A stretch of DNA of 64,000 nucleotides from assembly GCA_963745835.1 (NCBI GenBank), contig CAVUZH010000020.1, positions 96,001 through 160,000 on the forward strand, read 5' to 3'. Source of the stretch: an uncultured delta proteobacterium. Lineage in GTDB: Bacteria; Desulfobacterota; Binatia; UBA9968. The position numbers and the translations under genes are program-made. Every line of letters starts with the position of its first letter. Position 1 is the stretch's first letter. Shown piece after piece: positions 1-9,941 of the stretch. The notes beneath the pieces are model-generated. The model was not told the DNA's origin, did not search any database, and was given only the letters and a program-made list of their open reading frames with translations.

Positions 1-242
1 CAGACAAAAAAAGTCGCGCGGATGTGAGTCCGATCCAAGACATCAAGTAAGTTCCACACGCCGCGCCGGGCGCCGTATTGGTGTGTCGTCATGTAGAGGT
101 AATTTGGGTTTCCGCCAGGATTGACAGGGGCCGCCTCGCCGGACTCGAAGTTAAAGGTCAGGCACAATGCAAGCCTCTCCTTCTGAGGCCAACGCGGCGA
201 CCCGGCGAGGATTTCAGATATTTCCGAATCCATTATTTGCAT
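1..242 (-). CDS. Polysaccharide deacetylase family (PuuE-like) protein, runs off window edge
   Basis: Not in ORF track. Manual translation MQIMDSEISEILAGSPRWPQKERLALCLTFNFE...QYGARRGVWNLLDVLDRTHIRATFFV parallels the neighbouring deacetylase (WP..., YGA..G.W.LL..L....I.ATFFV); GGAGAG RBS upstream. Confidence 0.8.
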   Translation of the reverse strand, partial: MQIMDSEISEILAGSPRWPQKERLALCLTFNFESGEAAPVNPGGNPNYLYMTTHQYGARRGVWNLLDVLDRTHIRATFFV

Positions 243-252
243 GGGAACTCTC

Positions 253-1158
253 CTAATAGCTGGGCAGAGCGTCGGTCTGCAGGCAGAAGTCATCTGACAT
301 TCGGGTCGAATCCGCACAAAGCGTCTTCCACCAGGCAGCCAACTCGCTGTAAGTAGCGAACCACACTCGATCGTCCTGTTGCGCGTATTCGAGAAAGTCG
401 TCGAAGGCTTTGGCGTTCGCGGGATGTCCGGTCAGGTAATCATGCATGCAAAAGGTCATCATTCGCGGTTTTCCGGAGGGATGATTCAGACAAGCATCAA
501 GCTCGGCCTTCCAGGAGTCCAGCGCGTTCTTCGGTGATCTGAACTTACCCAAGATGTAAGAAGGAGCGGTGATTCCGCCCCCGATAAAATTGACATCGTT
601 GTTGATACTGAAAGGAATTTCTACCAGAGTTTTACCGTTGTCGAAGCTTAGCAAATAAGGATAATCGTCGTTCCACATACTGCTGTCCCACTCCAAGCCC
701 ATTTTGGCGGCAATATGAAGGGTGCGACGACTGGCCGCGCAGCTTCGCGAGCCACGCGGGCGTGTGCCCGATGATCTTTCCAAGGTCCCAAGTGTTTTTT
801 GGAATACTTCTTCTTCGCCTTCGTCGCTCAGCGTCCATAACACTTCATGAAAAAAACCATGGCCCGCAATGTCGTGCCCGCCGTCCACGATCGCTTTAGA
901 CGCCTCCGGGTATCTCTCGCCCGAGTTGCCGCAGACAAAGAACGTGGCTTTAATGCGCCGCTTCTCCAATATTTTCAGCAGCCGCCATATCCCTATCTTG
1001 GCTCCGTACTGACGGTTGCTCTGATCTTGCGAATCCTTGGTCCCGTCGGAATTCTTATAACAGATCGCATCGCCTTCTTGGTGAATCGTCGGCAGAAGAG
1101 CAACCATCTTGTTTCCGGGCCAGGTGATCGGTCTATCCGGCAATATTTCTCTGATCAT
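253..1158 (-). CDS. Polysaccharide deacetylase family (PuuE-like) protein
   Basis: YGAKIGIWRLL, IKATFFVCG, HDIAGHGFFH metal motif, DDYPY, LVEIPFS, FCMHD. Confidence 0.85.
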   Translation of the reverse strand: MIREILPDRPITWPGNKMVALLPTIHQEGDAICYKNSDGTKDSQDQSNRQYGAKIGIWRLLKILEKRRIKATFFVCGNSGERYPEASKAIVDGGHDIAGHGFFHEVLWTLSDEGEEEVFQKTLGTLERSSGTRPRGSRSCAASRRTLHIAAKMGLEWDSSMWNDDYPYLLSFDNGKTLVEIPFSINNDVNFIGGGITAPSYILGKFRSPKNALDSWKAELDACLNHPSGKPRMMTFCMHDYLTGHPANAKAFDDFLEYAQQDDRVWFATYSELAAWWKTLCADSTRMSDDFCLQTDALPSY

Positions 1159-1231
1159 AGGTTTCCTCCAATTCGCTGCTAGATGTTCTCAACTTGTGCG
1201 AATAAATGTATCGTGGCCAGTTCTGATATTT

Positions 1232-1809
1232 TTACTGGCGCTTTCGCTTGCCGCGCGTGCCACCGAAAGATTTCGGATCGCGTTTCGCCACAGAGGTTTC
1301 AATACGCCGCTCGTCCTGTGACAATTTAATGATGATGTCTGTGGCGGACGCTATATGCCGCCTGGCTAGCCGCTCCGCTGCGTTCGGATCGTGAGACCGA
1401 ATGGCATGGAAAATTTCGTCATGCTCTTGAAAAGCCTTTTTGAGCCTGTCTTGTGTGCTCAGCAATAACGGGTGAAATCTCTGAATCGAAAGCCGGATAT
1501 TTGCCATCAATCCGATGAGTCGGCTGTTTCGACTTGCCTTGAAGATCTCCTCGTGAAATGCACCGTGATGAACCAACCAGCCATCAGCATCGTGCTGCCG
1601 CACGCATTTCTCCATTTTGTTGATCAAAGCAGCCAGGACTTCCAAGACATCATTCGCCGCTCGCTCTGCCGCAAGCCGTGCGGCTAGTCCGTCTAACATT
1701 TCGCGCAGTCATAGAGCTCGATGGCCTGTTCTAACTTGAGATCGACGACCCTGAATCCGCGGCGCGGCAGCACCGCGATTAGGCCCTCCTGTTCGAGTTT
1801 CATTAAGGA
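1232..1809 (-). pseudogene. GntR/FCD-family regulator, frameshifted near 1709 and lacking the N-terminal part of the HTH
   Basis: FCD domain in ORF 1232-1699 (FHEEIFKASRN, EHDEIFHAI..HDPNAAERLARRHI); an upstream frame gives LMKLEQEGLIAVLPRRGFRVVDLKLEQAIELYD and joins LREMLDGLA only if one base is added; no SRTPVREA-like helix further upstream. Confidence 0.75.
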
Positions 1810-2451
1810 ACTGCACGCGAATTGCGAAGACCTTCCGTTGCACGCACATACATGAATGCACCCATCTCTTCTATGTTGCTAAAGCAGCATCTGGAGAATG
1901 ACAGGCGAGTAGGGTTGGGTGGGCTCGCTATCCGATGGACCTATCCCAAACCTGCACACCTGTTCTGTTCCATATCAGGGGTGGTGCCAATGAACAACGG
2001 CTGGCGTAGGCATCAGCACTGCCGGTGTTAAGATCCATTCATCAGTCTTGTTCTACGATTTTCTGTTGTCGCGAATATGCATGGATATCATGAGGGCGCG
2101 ACACAGCATTCTCCTCCGGCCCGATGTCACCGTTCCCTATTGAAGTCATACAAGCTGCTGCCGTTAGATGCGCAGACAGTTAAAACTTTAATCGTTACGT
2201 CGCGCAGTTCCGCGAGCTTCTCAGGCCGCGCTCGTGAATCGCTGGAAAGAAATTTATTGATAAGGCTTGTAACTATCGGCCGATGAACTTCGCATCACTT
2301 TCGCGCCCTCGCTGAACTGATCGCCAGCGTATTCTCCCATCTCTCCACTTCCACGAACTGAATTCGCTATGCTGTTTCTACTGTTAGACTGACCGTCAAC
2401 CCCTTACCACAGCGACTTCATCGGAGAGAATGATGAGGCGGGCTACAAGCT

Positions 2452-3816
2452 TTAGAGTTTGCTGGTCGCAAGCACTTCCTCGGCGGCGCGCAGGCCGCTC
2501 TCGACCGCGCCGTTCATGTAGCCCTGCCAGGTCGTGCTCGTGTGCTCGCCGGCAAAGAACACGCGTTTCCATGGGAGCGCGAGCAAGCGGCGAGCCGACG
2601 GTGGAAATGAGGAGTCGAAGAACGCGTAAGCGCCGCGCGCCCACGGATCGTCTTCCCAGCTAATGCTATGTGAAGCGATGAGCCGGGCGCGACCGATGCC
2701 GAAGAATCCCTGTTGTCTTGCAATTCCTTCGGCGCCTTCGGCTGCCAGCAGCGCTTTGGTCGCATTGCTGGCGCTGCCGCCGGCGAGCAGGGTCAGAATG
2801 CCGCGTGGTCCGCGCTGGTCTTCGCTGCTGTCCCACACCGCGCCGATATCAAGGTCGGTCGCGCACGCGCGCGGCCGTCCGGACCCGCGCCATGCATGAC
2901 GATCGAACTGAAGCAGGGTTTTTGTGGCACGCCCGTAGCGAAGCCTGGTGAAGGCGTTCAGTTGCGCAGCCGGCAGAGCCGGCGCGTATTCAATCTCGGC
3001 CGCAAGCGGCGCGGGGACCGCGACGATAGCATAGTCACCGGTGATCTCCGTTCGCCGCCCGCGCATGTTCTCGACCGTGACACGAACCGAGCTTTTGTTC
3101 TGGACGATGCGCCGGGCGGCCTGCTGAAGGCGCACCGGGGCGTGCAGCGCGCGCGCCATGCGCTCCGGCAGACGATCGTTGCCGCCGCGGAGCCGGTACA
3201 TGGTGCGTTTGGCGGGATCATCCCCCGCGGCGAACTGCTCGACGTATACCAGCAACGACAGCTCGTCCGGGTCGGCGAGAAAAAACCCGCGCATCGTAGT
3301 CGCGGTGGCGCGCAGATCGGCCATCGCGGCAGTCATTGCCTTTCGATCGCCTCCTGCGAAACTCTTATCAGCGGCCTGATCCAGCCAATCTGTGATCGAT
3401 TGCTTTGCGATCGCACCCGCGATCGGCCCGCTCCATTCTTCTCCGTTAAGCTTGTAAGCGCGCGCCAGCGGTTCGAGCGCCCGTGCCGTCCGGCGCCAGC
3501 CGCTGGAAGACGAGCGCATGCGCCGGCGGCCGTCACTGCCGAGGCGATAATGTGAGAAGCCGCTCCGGAGAATCCGCGTCTCTTGGATACCCAGCTCGGC
3601 TGCGAGCTTGCGGATCTCCTCCTGGTCGTCGTCGATCAGATCGCCGCCCGCTTCCGCGTGCATGCCGCCGAAGCCATCACGCAACGTCCACACGCGGCCG
3701 CCGACACGGTCGCGCGCCTCGACGACAATGACGCCGCAGCCGCGCCGCTCGAGCTCGCGCGCCGCGGCCAGCCCCGCGAGCCCGGCGCCGACGATCAGAA
3801 CGAATGGTCTTGCCAC
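2452..3816 (-). CDS. Flavin-containing monoamine oxidase family protein
   Basis: IVGAGLAGLAAA Rossmann motif, EARDRVGGRV, WEDDPWARGAY, FAGEHTS...GYMNGAVESG. Confidence 0.92.
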   Translation of the reverse strand: MARPFVLIVGAGLAGLAAARELERRGCGVIVVEARDRVGGRVWTLRDGFGGMHAEAGGDLIDDDQEEIRKLAAELGIQETRILRSGFSHYRLGSDGRRRMRSSSSGWRRTARALEPLARAYKLNGEEWSGPIAGAIAKQSITDWLDQAADKSFAGGDRKAMTAAMADLRATATTMRGFFLADPDELSLLVYVEQFAAGDDPAKRTMYRLRGGNDRLPERMARALHAPVRLQQAARRIVQNKSSVRVTVENMRGRRTEITGDYAIVAVPAPLAAEIEYAPALPAAQLNAFTRLRYGRATKTLLQFDRHAWRGSGRPRACATDLDIGAVWDSSEDQRGPRGILTLLAGGSASNATKALLAAEGAEGIARQQGFFGIGRARLIASHSISWEDDPWARGAYAFFDSSFPPSARRLLALPWKRVFFAGEHTSTTWQGYMNGAVESGLRAAEEVLATSKL

Positions 3817-3949
3817 AGTGTCACTTCCTGCGGTGTGGTTGCGGGCACGCGTTTACCGATTTGGTGCCGGGCGCTCGTGTTGACTTGGTTGGATGCGCTG
3901 CAATCGATTCACAGATCCTTGATTAGTATCCCTCTGTAACAATGAGCCA

Positions 3950-4471
3950 TCACTTTCCAAGTTGGATCTTGATTTTACCGGCCAATTCTTCCGGCAATTG
4001 GTCGCGGTTCTTTCGCGTCACCTCGATAATCTCGAGATCGCTTCTACGCTTGATCTGCTCTATAAGCCCATTGCCTTTTTTGCTGATCGTTGCAAGGAGA
4101 TTTGTCGGTTGAGCGAGGAGTTCGATGATCCTGATTCTGAATTGACTAGATAAAAGCTCCATCTTGCCGATCTCGTCGATTACATAAAGATCAACCAGCG
4201 TGGTAACCGGGTCAAGATAGCGCAAGACAAGCTTCTCGAATTCTTCAACGTGGATCGAATATTTTCCGACTGTGGGCTGTTGTTTCCCTGAGGACGCCAG
4301 GGTTGCCGTGTGGCCGTCCAGAGTAGCAATTCGAAAGCCTGTTCTTTGTCCGCTTTGCCTTATTTCCTCGGTATAAAAACCAGCGGACGTGATTCCTTCC
4401 AGCCGCTCTACAACCGCGCGAATCAGCGTGGTCTTTCCCACGCCCGGATTTCCGGTCAGGAACAATCTCAT
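3950..4471 (-). CDS. Nucleoside-triphosphatase THEP1/NTPase_1 family
   Basis: MRLFLTGNPGVGKTT Walker A, GFYTEEIR..G.RTGF, VGKY, VIDEIGKMEL; start moved to ATG 4471. Confidence 0.88.
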   Translation of the reverse strand: MRLFLTGNPGVGKTTLIRAVVERLEGITSAGFYTEEIRQSGQRTGFRIATLDGHTATLASSGKQQPTVGKYSIHVEEFEKLVLRYLDPVTTLVDLYVIDEIGKMELLSSQFRIRIIELLAQPTNLLATISKKGNGLIEQIKRRSDLEIIEVTRKNRDQLPEELAGKIKIQLGK

Positions 4472-4762
4472 CCCTCGCTCCGCTTGGTGTGCACGCACGC
4501 ATGATGCTTGAAGACGGACGTACAGGTTTACAGCTATTTTATGCCGGCGATCAAGCTTAGCTCCGGTGGACAACTTTTTTTGATTGCGATAAATCAGTTG
4601 GTATCGATTGGTCATTCCGGCGATAGTCGGACGAGCCGGACTCCGGGAGTCTTTGTAGGGCGTATAGCATCCGTTCTGCTGATTGCCGGTCCCGCGCGGA
4701 ATGACGAGAATAGCCTTGCAGCTAGGTCGATAATGCTCTAACGGCAGCTGCTCATACCCATA

Positions 4763-5944
4763 ATGATTTCTGGAGCGCTCGAAGATTTTGTTTGCATCGA
4801 CGTTAGCGGACACGTCGCGGGGCCTTATGCGGGAAGCCTCTTGGGCGATCTCGGCTGTGATGTGATCAAAGTCGAACTGCCTGGCGGCGGCGATACCCAC
4901 CGCGGGCGCAATCCAAAATACGAAGGTTATGGGCCGAGCTTTCGCGCGCTTAATCGCAATAAGAAAAGCGTCACACTGGATTTGCGACAGAGAAGAGGAC
5001 GCGAGATTCTGTCACAACTGCTAACCACGGCCGACATCTTTCTGGAAAACTTCCGCCCGCCGACAAGGAACAAACTAGGGCTCGACTATGAAGAGCTGGC
5101 GAAGATAAATCCCAAGATGGTTCACTGTTCGATTTCCGGCTATGGCCAGAGCGGGCCTTATCGCGACAAGCCCGGGTTCGACACAATCGGTCAGGCGCTC
5201 AGCGGCATGATGAGCCTGGTCACCGATCTCGATGATCCGAAAGTCGCCGGCATCTCGTTCGTGGATCACTGCGCCGGGATCTTCGCCGCTCACGGGATTA
5301 TGGCCGCTCTCTTGGCGCGCGTGAAAACCGGAATTGGCCAGTTCATCGACGTTTCGCTTCTGCAGGTCGCGACCGCTTTCATTGAATCTCACGTGGCGGA
5401 TTATTTAAACGGCGGGGAGGCGGTCTCACGCGAGAATTTCCCCAAGGGTCGGATCTATAGTCTGCTCGGCTCCGACAAGAAGCCCTTCATGGTTCACCTG
5501 TCGGGGCACAACCAGGCTTGGGAAGGATTGCTCCAGGCGGCGGAACTGGATTCTTTGATCGGCGATTCGCGCTTTGCTTCCCGCAAGCAGCGCACGGACA
5601 GGCACGAGGAGATCGTCAGGATTCTCCGCCAGCAGTTTGCCGGGAAACCGCGCGACTACTGGTTGCGCCGATTGGACGCCAACAGTATTCCCAATGCGCC
5701 GATCAACACGATCGCCGAAGTGTTCGAGAATCCGCAGATCAAGCACCTGGGAATTCCACGACAGATCGCGCATCCGCAAATGGGCCTGACCAATCTGGTC
5801 GGCAGCCCGATTAACTTATCCGGTACGCCGGCGCAGTTTTATCGACCGGCGCCGCTGCTCGGCGAACACACCGAAGAAGTGCTGGGACAATTGGGATATG
5901 ACAGCGCAGCTCTCAAAGAGCTGCGTGATGAAGGCATAATATAG
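4763..5944 (+). CDS. Family III CoA-transferase (CaiB/BaiF)
   Basis: AGPYAGSLLGDLGCDVIKVE, NRNKKSVTLDL, ENFRP, SISGYGQSGPY, APLLGEHT. Confidence 0.93.
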   Translation: MISGALEDFVCIDVSGHVAGPYAGSLLGDLGCDVIKVELPGGGDTHRGRNPKYEGYGPSFRALNRNKKSVTLDLRQRRGREILSQLLTTADIFLENFRPPTRNKLGLDYEELAKINPKMVHCSISGYGQSGPYRDKPGFDTIGQALSGMMSLVTDLDDPKVAGISFVDHCAGIFAAHGIMAALLARVKTGIGQFIDVSLLQVATAFIESHVADYLNGGEAVSRENFPKGRIYSLLGSDKKPFMVHLSGHNQAWEGLLQAAELDSLIGDSRFASRKQRTDRHEEIVRILRQQFAGKPRDYWLRRLDANSIPNAPINTIAEVFENPQIKHLGIPRQIAHPQMGLTNLVGSPINLSGTPAQFYRPAPLLGEHTEEVLGQLGYDSAALKELRDEGII

Positions 5945-5958
5945 TTGAGATATTTGTG

Positions 5959-6084
5959 CAGACCGTTCAAAGAGACCCAGATACGAGGCGCGCGAAGCTC
6001 GATGAGCTGAGACGTACGTTTGAGTACGTTGAAGCGAGTCGAGCAAGCGCAACGAAGTAGATGAAGCTTTTTTTCAACGGTCTG
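5959..6084. repeat. ~125-bp structured MITE/REP-like element, copy 1
   Basis: Imperfect terminal inverted repeats CAGACCGTTCAAA / TTTTCAACGGTCTG, internal stems GCTCGA/TCGAGC and ACGTAC/GTACGT; colinear with 40783-40906. Confidence 0.7.
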
Positions 6085-6097
6085 AAAGGAGAAACAA

Positions 6098-7312
6098 ATG
6101 GATTTTAATGTGTCAGGAGACCCGCCCCACGTAGTCGAATTCAGAAAGGAAGTCGCGGCCTGGATGGCCGAACAGTTTGCCGGTCACGAGCACCTGCGCT
6201 GGTCGGCCTCATGGTCGACCCGCGAGGACCAAGACGAATATAAGTTTCGCCGCGGGCTGGCCGAGAAGCTCGGCGCCAAAGGCTGGCTGTTTCCGATCTA
6301 TCCTAAAAAGTACGGCGGCGCAGACTTGACCATCGACCATCAGATGGTGCTCGAGACCGAGCTGTTCAAGTACGGGCTCAATCTTTCACACGTATTCTAC
6401 ACCCTGGCTCGTATCGTGGCGCCGGTGCTAATTCGCTGGGGAACCGAAGAACAGAAAAGCGAATTTCTCGAGCCGATTACGCGAGCGCAGATCTGCGTCT
6501 GGCAGGTGCTCACCGAGCCGCACGGCGGCAGCGACATCGCCAATTGTCAGACCAAGGCGATCCGCGACGGCGATGATTATGTCGTCAATGGGCAGAAAGT
6601 CATGGTCGGCCATCATCTGCCGCCGGATTATCTCTGGACACTGGTCTGCACCACGCCCGGCGGCAAGCGCCATGAGAACCTTGCCTGGCTGCACGTCCCG
6701 GCAAATCTTCCGGGTATTACGATCCAGCACATGCATATGATGATGGGCATCAAGAACTCCGTCTTTTTCGACAATGTCCGCGTGCCGGCAAAATACTTGA
6801 TCGGTGGCGAGAACAACGGTTGGAAAGTCGCCAGCACCCACATGGAGCTCGAACATGGGGGCGACGGCCGTATCGCGGCGGATCCTCTGATTGAAAGAGT
6901 GGTCGAATACTGCCGCAATACGCATATCGACGGCAAACCGATCATGGAAGATCCGCGAGTGCGCGATCTGATCGCCGAAATGACGATCGAGTTGAATACG
7001 CTGAGGCGCTTCAACCAGCTCATCTACTGGCGGCGTTTCGCGAAGAAGCCGCATCCCTACGGCGGGCCGCAGCAGCGCTACTATCAGCGCATGCTGCGCC
7101 TGCGTAACGGCGAACGCTTGCAAGCGATCATGGGCGCCGATGCTCTCGAGCAGAATTTGTCGGTGCATGAAGTCGTCGATTTCGAATACGCCGTGCGCAC
7201 GGGTCCCGGACAGCTGCACGGCGGCGGCACATTGGATACCGATCGATTGATCTTCGCCCGCCGTCTCGGCCTGGGCCGGCCGACGACGGAGAAGGCGCCG
7301 GAGACGGATTAG
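6098..7312 (+). CDS. Acyl-CoA dehydrogenase family protein (first of a pair)
   Basis: LTEPHGGSD, YVVNGQK, FFDNVRVP..LIGGENNGW. Confidence 0.9.
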   Translation: MDFNVSGDPPHVVEFRKEVAAWMAEQFAGHEHLRWSASWSTREDQDEYKFRRGLAEKLGAKGWLFPIYPKKYGGADLTIDHQMVLETELFKYGLNLSHVFYTLARIVAPVLIRWGTEEQKSEFLEPITRAQICVWQVLTEPHGGSDIANCQTKAIRDGDDYVVNGQKVMVGHHLPPDYLWTLVCTTPGGKRHENLAWLHVPANLPGITIQHMHMMMGIKNSVFFDNVRVPAKYLIGGENNGWKVASTHMELEHGGDGRIAADPLIERVVEYCRNTHIDGKPIMEDPRVRDLIAEMTIELNTLRRFNQLIYWRRFAKKPHPYGGPQQRYYQRMLRLRNGERLQAIMGADALEQNLSVHEVVDFEYAVRTGPGQLHGGGTLDTDRLIFARRLGLGRPTTEKAPETD

Positions 7313-7360
7313 ACGACATGCAAAACTGTTCGTCCTCACGTGTGAAACTTTTGAGACGAC

Positions 7361-7424
7361 TGGAACGGCTGGAACAAACAGCAACTTTTCGTTCCAAAAG
7401 TTCCAATCGTTCCAGTTGTTCCAA
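7361..7424. repeat. 9-bp-period TGGAAC/GTTCCA inverted tandem array
   Basis: TGGAAC at 7361 and 7370; GTTCCA at 7391, 7400, 7409, 7418. Confidence 0.75.
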
Positions 7425-7439
7425 TACTAGGAGAAGCTG

Positions 7440-8561
7440 ATGGACTTATCATTGACCGAAGATCAAGAGATGTTGAAAAAGGTCGCGGCGGATTTTGTCA
7501 AAGCCGAAGTGCCGGCGCACCAGATGACCCAATGGTACAAGAACAAACAAACTTTTCAGCCGCAGCTGATAAAAAAAGCCGCGGAGATGGGCTGGCTGGG
7601 CATGATGCTGCCGGAAGAGCATGGCGGCGCCGGCTTGTCGGTGATGGACTGCGCTGTGGTTTTCGAAGAGCTTGGACGCGGCCCTGTGCCGGGCCCGCTT
7701 TTCACATCCGGTATTCTCAGCGCGCAGATGATTTTCGAGGCGTGCACCGAAGAACAAAGAAAATCTTTATTGCCGCCGCTTTGTAAAGGCGAAGCGATCG
7801 TCGTGCCGGCGATCACGGATAAAGCGGCTTACTGGGGACCGGAAGCGGTGGAAACCCGCCTTACTAAGCTTTCCGACCGCTACATCATGAGCGGGACCAA
7901 ACGCTTTGTCTTCGATGCCGAAGCCGCAACGTCATTTCTTTGCGCCGCCCGAACTGAGGAAGGAAAAGTCGTTTTCCTGCTGGTCGACGCCAAGAGCCCC
8001 GGAATCACGATCACACCTCACGTAGGCTTTTTCATTTCGGTCGCCGAAGTGCGTTTCGATAGAGTCATCGTATCGCCGAGCCATCTGCTGGGATCGAGCG
8101 GCGCGAGTTGGGTTACCTTGGAAGCCGCTCTGGAAAAATCGTTGCCGGTCCTATCCGCCTATCAAGTGGGCGCGACACAAGAAGTTTTCGACATGACCTG
8201 CGAGTATACCCGCACCCGGGTCGTTTTCGGTCAACCGATCGGACGCTTCCAGCGGGTGCAGGACCACTGCGTCGATATTTCAATTCATCTCGATCAGGCG
8301 CGCTGGGCGACCTACGAAGCGATTTGGCGCATCGATAGCGGCATGGCGGCCCGAGGCGCGGTTCACGAAGCAAAAGCAGTGGCCAGCGATGGCTATTATC
8401 ACGGCACCAACTACGCGCACATGGTGTGGGCCGGCCCGGGAACCGATTACGGTCACCCGATGATGGCGCACAGCGTGCTTGCCCACACGTTGTACCAATA
8501 TCTTGGCACTCCCGGGCACCACAAACGATTGATGATGGATGCGCTATATCCAAGGGGCTAA
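7440..8561 (+). CDS. Acyl-CoA dehydrogenase family protein (second, shorter partner)
   Basis: MDLSLTEDQEML, PEEHGGAG, EELGRG, RVVFGQPIGRFQRVQ. Confidence 0.9.
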   Translation: MDLSLTEDQEMLKKVAADFVKAEVPAHQMTQWYKNKQTFQPQLIKKAAEMGWLGMMLPEEHGGAGLSVMDCAVVFEELGRGPVPGPLFTSGILSAQMIFEACTEEQRKSLLPPLCKGEAIVVPAITDKAAYWGPEAVETRLTKLSDRYIMSGTKRFVFDAEAATSFLCAARTEEGKVVFLLVDAKSPGITITPHVGFFISVAEVRFDRVIVSPSHLLGSSGASWVTLEAALEKSLPVLSAYQVGATQEVFDMTCEYTRTRVVFGQPIGRFQRVQDHCVDISIHLDQARWATYEAIWRIDSGMAARGAVHEAKAVASDGYYHGTNYAHMVWAGPGTDYGHPMMAHSVLAHTLYQYLGTPGHHKRLMMDALYPRG

Positions 8562-8846
8562 AGCCGCCTACGGTTGTGTGCGAGCGACCCTGGAGGGCAG
8601 GAATTAATCGAGGCGTACGACTTTCAGAAGCAGGCAAATAATGGTCGCCGATCCATCACTGCGCCGGAACTGCGCCGCACAAAAGAGATAGACAATCCAA
8701 AGGCAGTTGAGGTAGTAATGCGGCCAAGAAAGATCAAGAGATAGCCGCGGCGTTACCAGTACCACGCAGCTATAGAGCCGATAGCATTGTTTGTGAACCT
8801 TTTCATGAGAGGTCTTTCGATCAACTCATCAATGAAAGGAATCATA

Positions 8847-9941
8847 ATGAGTACGAGTAAATTGCGACCCATGTCGTGGCTAATCGGTTGCTCTCTTTTG
8901 ATTGCGGGATGGACGCAAGGATTGGCGGCTGAGAAGGCGCCCTATTACCAGGGAAAGACTTTAACCATCGTCATCAACTTTGCCGCCGGCGGTCCCACCG
9001 ATATCGAAGGACGAGTCTTCGGTAAGCATCTCGGCAAACATATCCCGGGGCAGCCTTCTGTAGTGGTTCAGAACATGGGCGGTGGCGGAGGCATCACAGG
9101 AGTGAACTATATCGGCGAAGTCGCCAAGCCGGATGGGCTCACCGCCGGCTACTTCACTGGCAGCCTATTTCACCATCAAACCAAAGACCCGGGACTGCGT
9201 GTGGATCTCGGGAAATTCGGGTTTATCACCGGTGTGCACGGCGTCACAATTTCGTATATCCGATCGGACACACCGCCGGGCATCAAGAAAGCGGCAGACT
9301 TCGTGAAGGCGGAACGGTTTAGGGCCGCAGGGTTAAGCGCGAGCAGTTCCAAAGACGTGCGCTTCCGGCTCTCGTTCGATTTGCTCGGCCTGAAATATGA
9401 CTATGTGACCGGTTACAGCTCCAGCTCCACCGCTCGATTGGCAGTTCAGCGCAACGAGGCTCAATATCACGACGAAACTCTCCCCGCTTACCGGGCCGCC
9501 GTCGAACCGCAGATGGTAAAAACCGGTGAAGTGACCGCGCTCTACTATACCGATTTGGTTTCACCCGATGGAGAAATTATTGTCAGCCCGGACGTGCCGG
9601 AGTTGTTGCCGTTCACACATTATTACAGGCAGGTGTTTGGCAAGATGCCCTCGGGTATAAAGTATGAAGCGCTCAAGGCAGCCAACATGTCGAGCACCAA
9701 CATGACGCGGCTGATCATGCTGCCGCCAAACTCGCCCGCCGAAGCCATCGCAACGCTCCGGCAGGCTATTGTCTCCCTATCGAAAGATTCCGACTTCAAT
9801 GCCGAGGCGATGAAGGCGATGCGTTTTCAACCTCGCTTCGAAGTCGGCGAACAGGGCGAACAGTTGTTTCAGAAAGTTTCACAAACGCCACCTGAGATCG
9901 TAACTTTCATACGACAGTACATCGACCAGGTGAACAAGTAA
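8847..9941 (+). CDS. Tripartite tricarboxylate transporter substrate-binding protein (TctC/Bug-like)
   Basis: Signal peptide, YQGKTLTIVINFAAGGPTD, HIPGQPSVVVQNMGGGGG, AKPDGLT; AAAGGA RBS before ATG 8847. Confidence 0.85.
   Translation: MSTSKLRPMSWLIGCSLLIAGWTQGLAAEKAPYYQGKTLTIVINFAAGGPTDIEGRVFGKHLGKHIPGQPSVVVQNMGGGGGITGVNYIGEVAKPDGLTAGYFTGSLFHHQTKDPGLRVDLGKFGFITGVHGVTISYIRSDTPPGIKKAADFVKAERFRAAGLSASSSKDVRFRLSFDLLGLKYDYVTGYSSSSTARLAVQRNEAQYHDETLPAYRAAVEPQMVKTGEVTALYYTDLVSPDGEIIVSPDVPELLPFTHYYRQVFGKMPSGIKYEALKAANMSSTNMTRLIMLPPNSPAEAIATLRQAIVSLSKDSDFNAEAMKAMRFQPRFEVGEQGEQLFQKVSQTPPEIVTFIRQYIDQVNK

Noticed and set aside
4472-4900. N-terminal extension of ORF 3950-4900
   Set aside because: Overlaps the CoA-transferase on the opposite strand; the NTPase family begins at MRLFLTG
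6428-7384. Long antisense ORFs (also 2713-3555, 13178-14200, 46814-47692, 49676-50404)
   Set aside because: Shadows of well-supported genes in GC-rich DNA, with no recognisable motifs
8565-8700. Possible third copy of the 125-bp element (GAGGCGTAC)
   Set aside because: No terminal inverted repeats or colinear motifs
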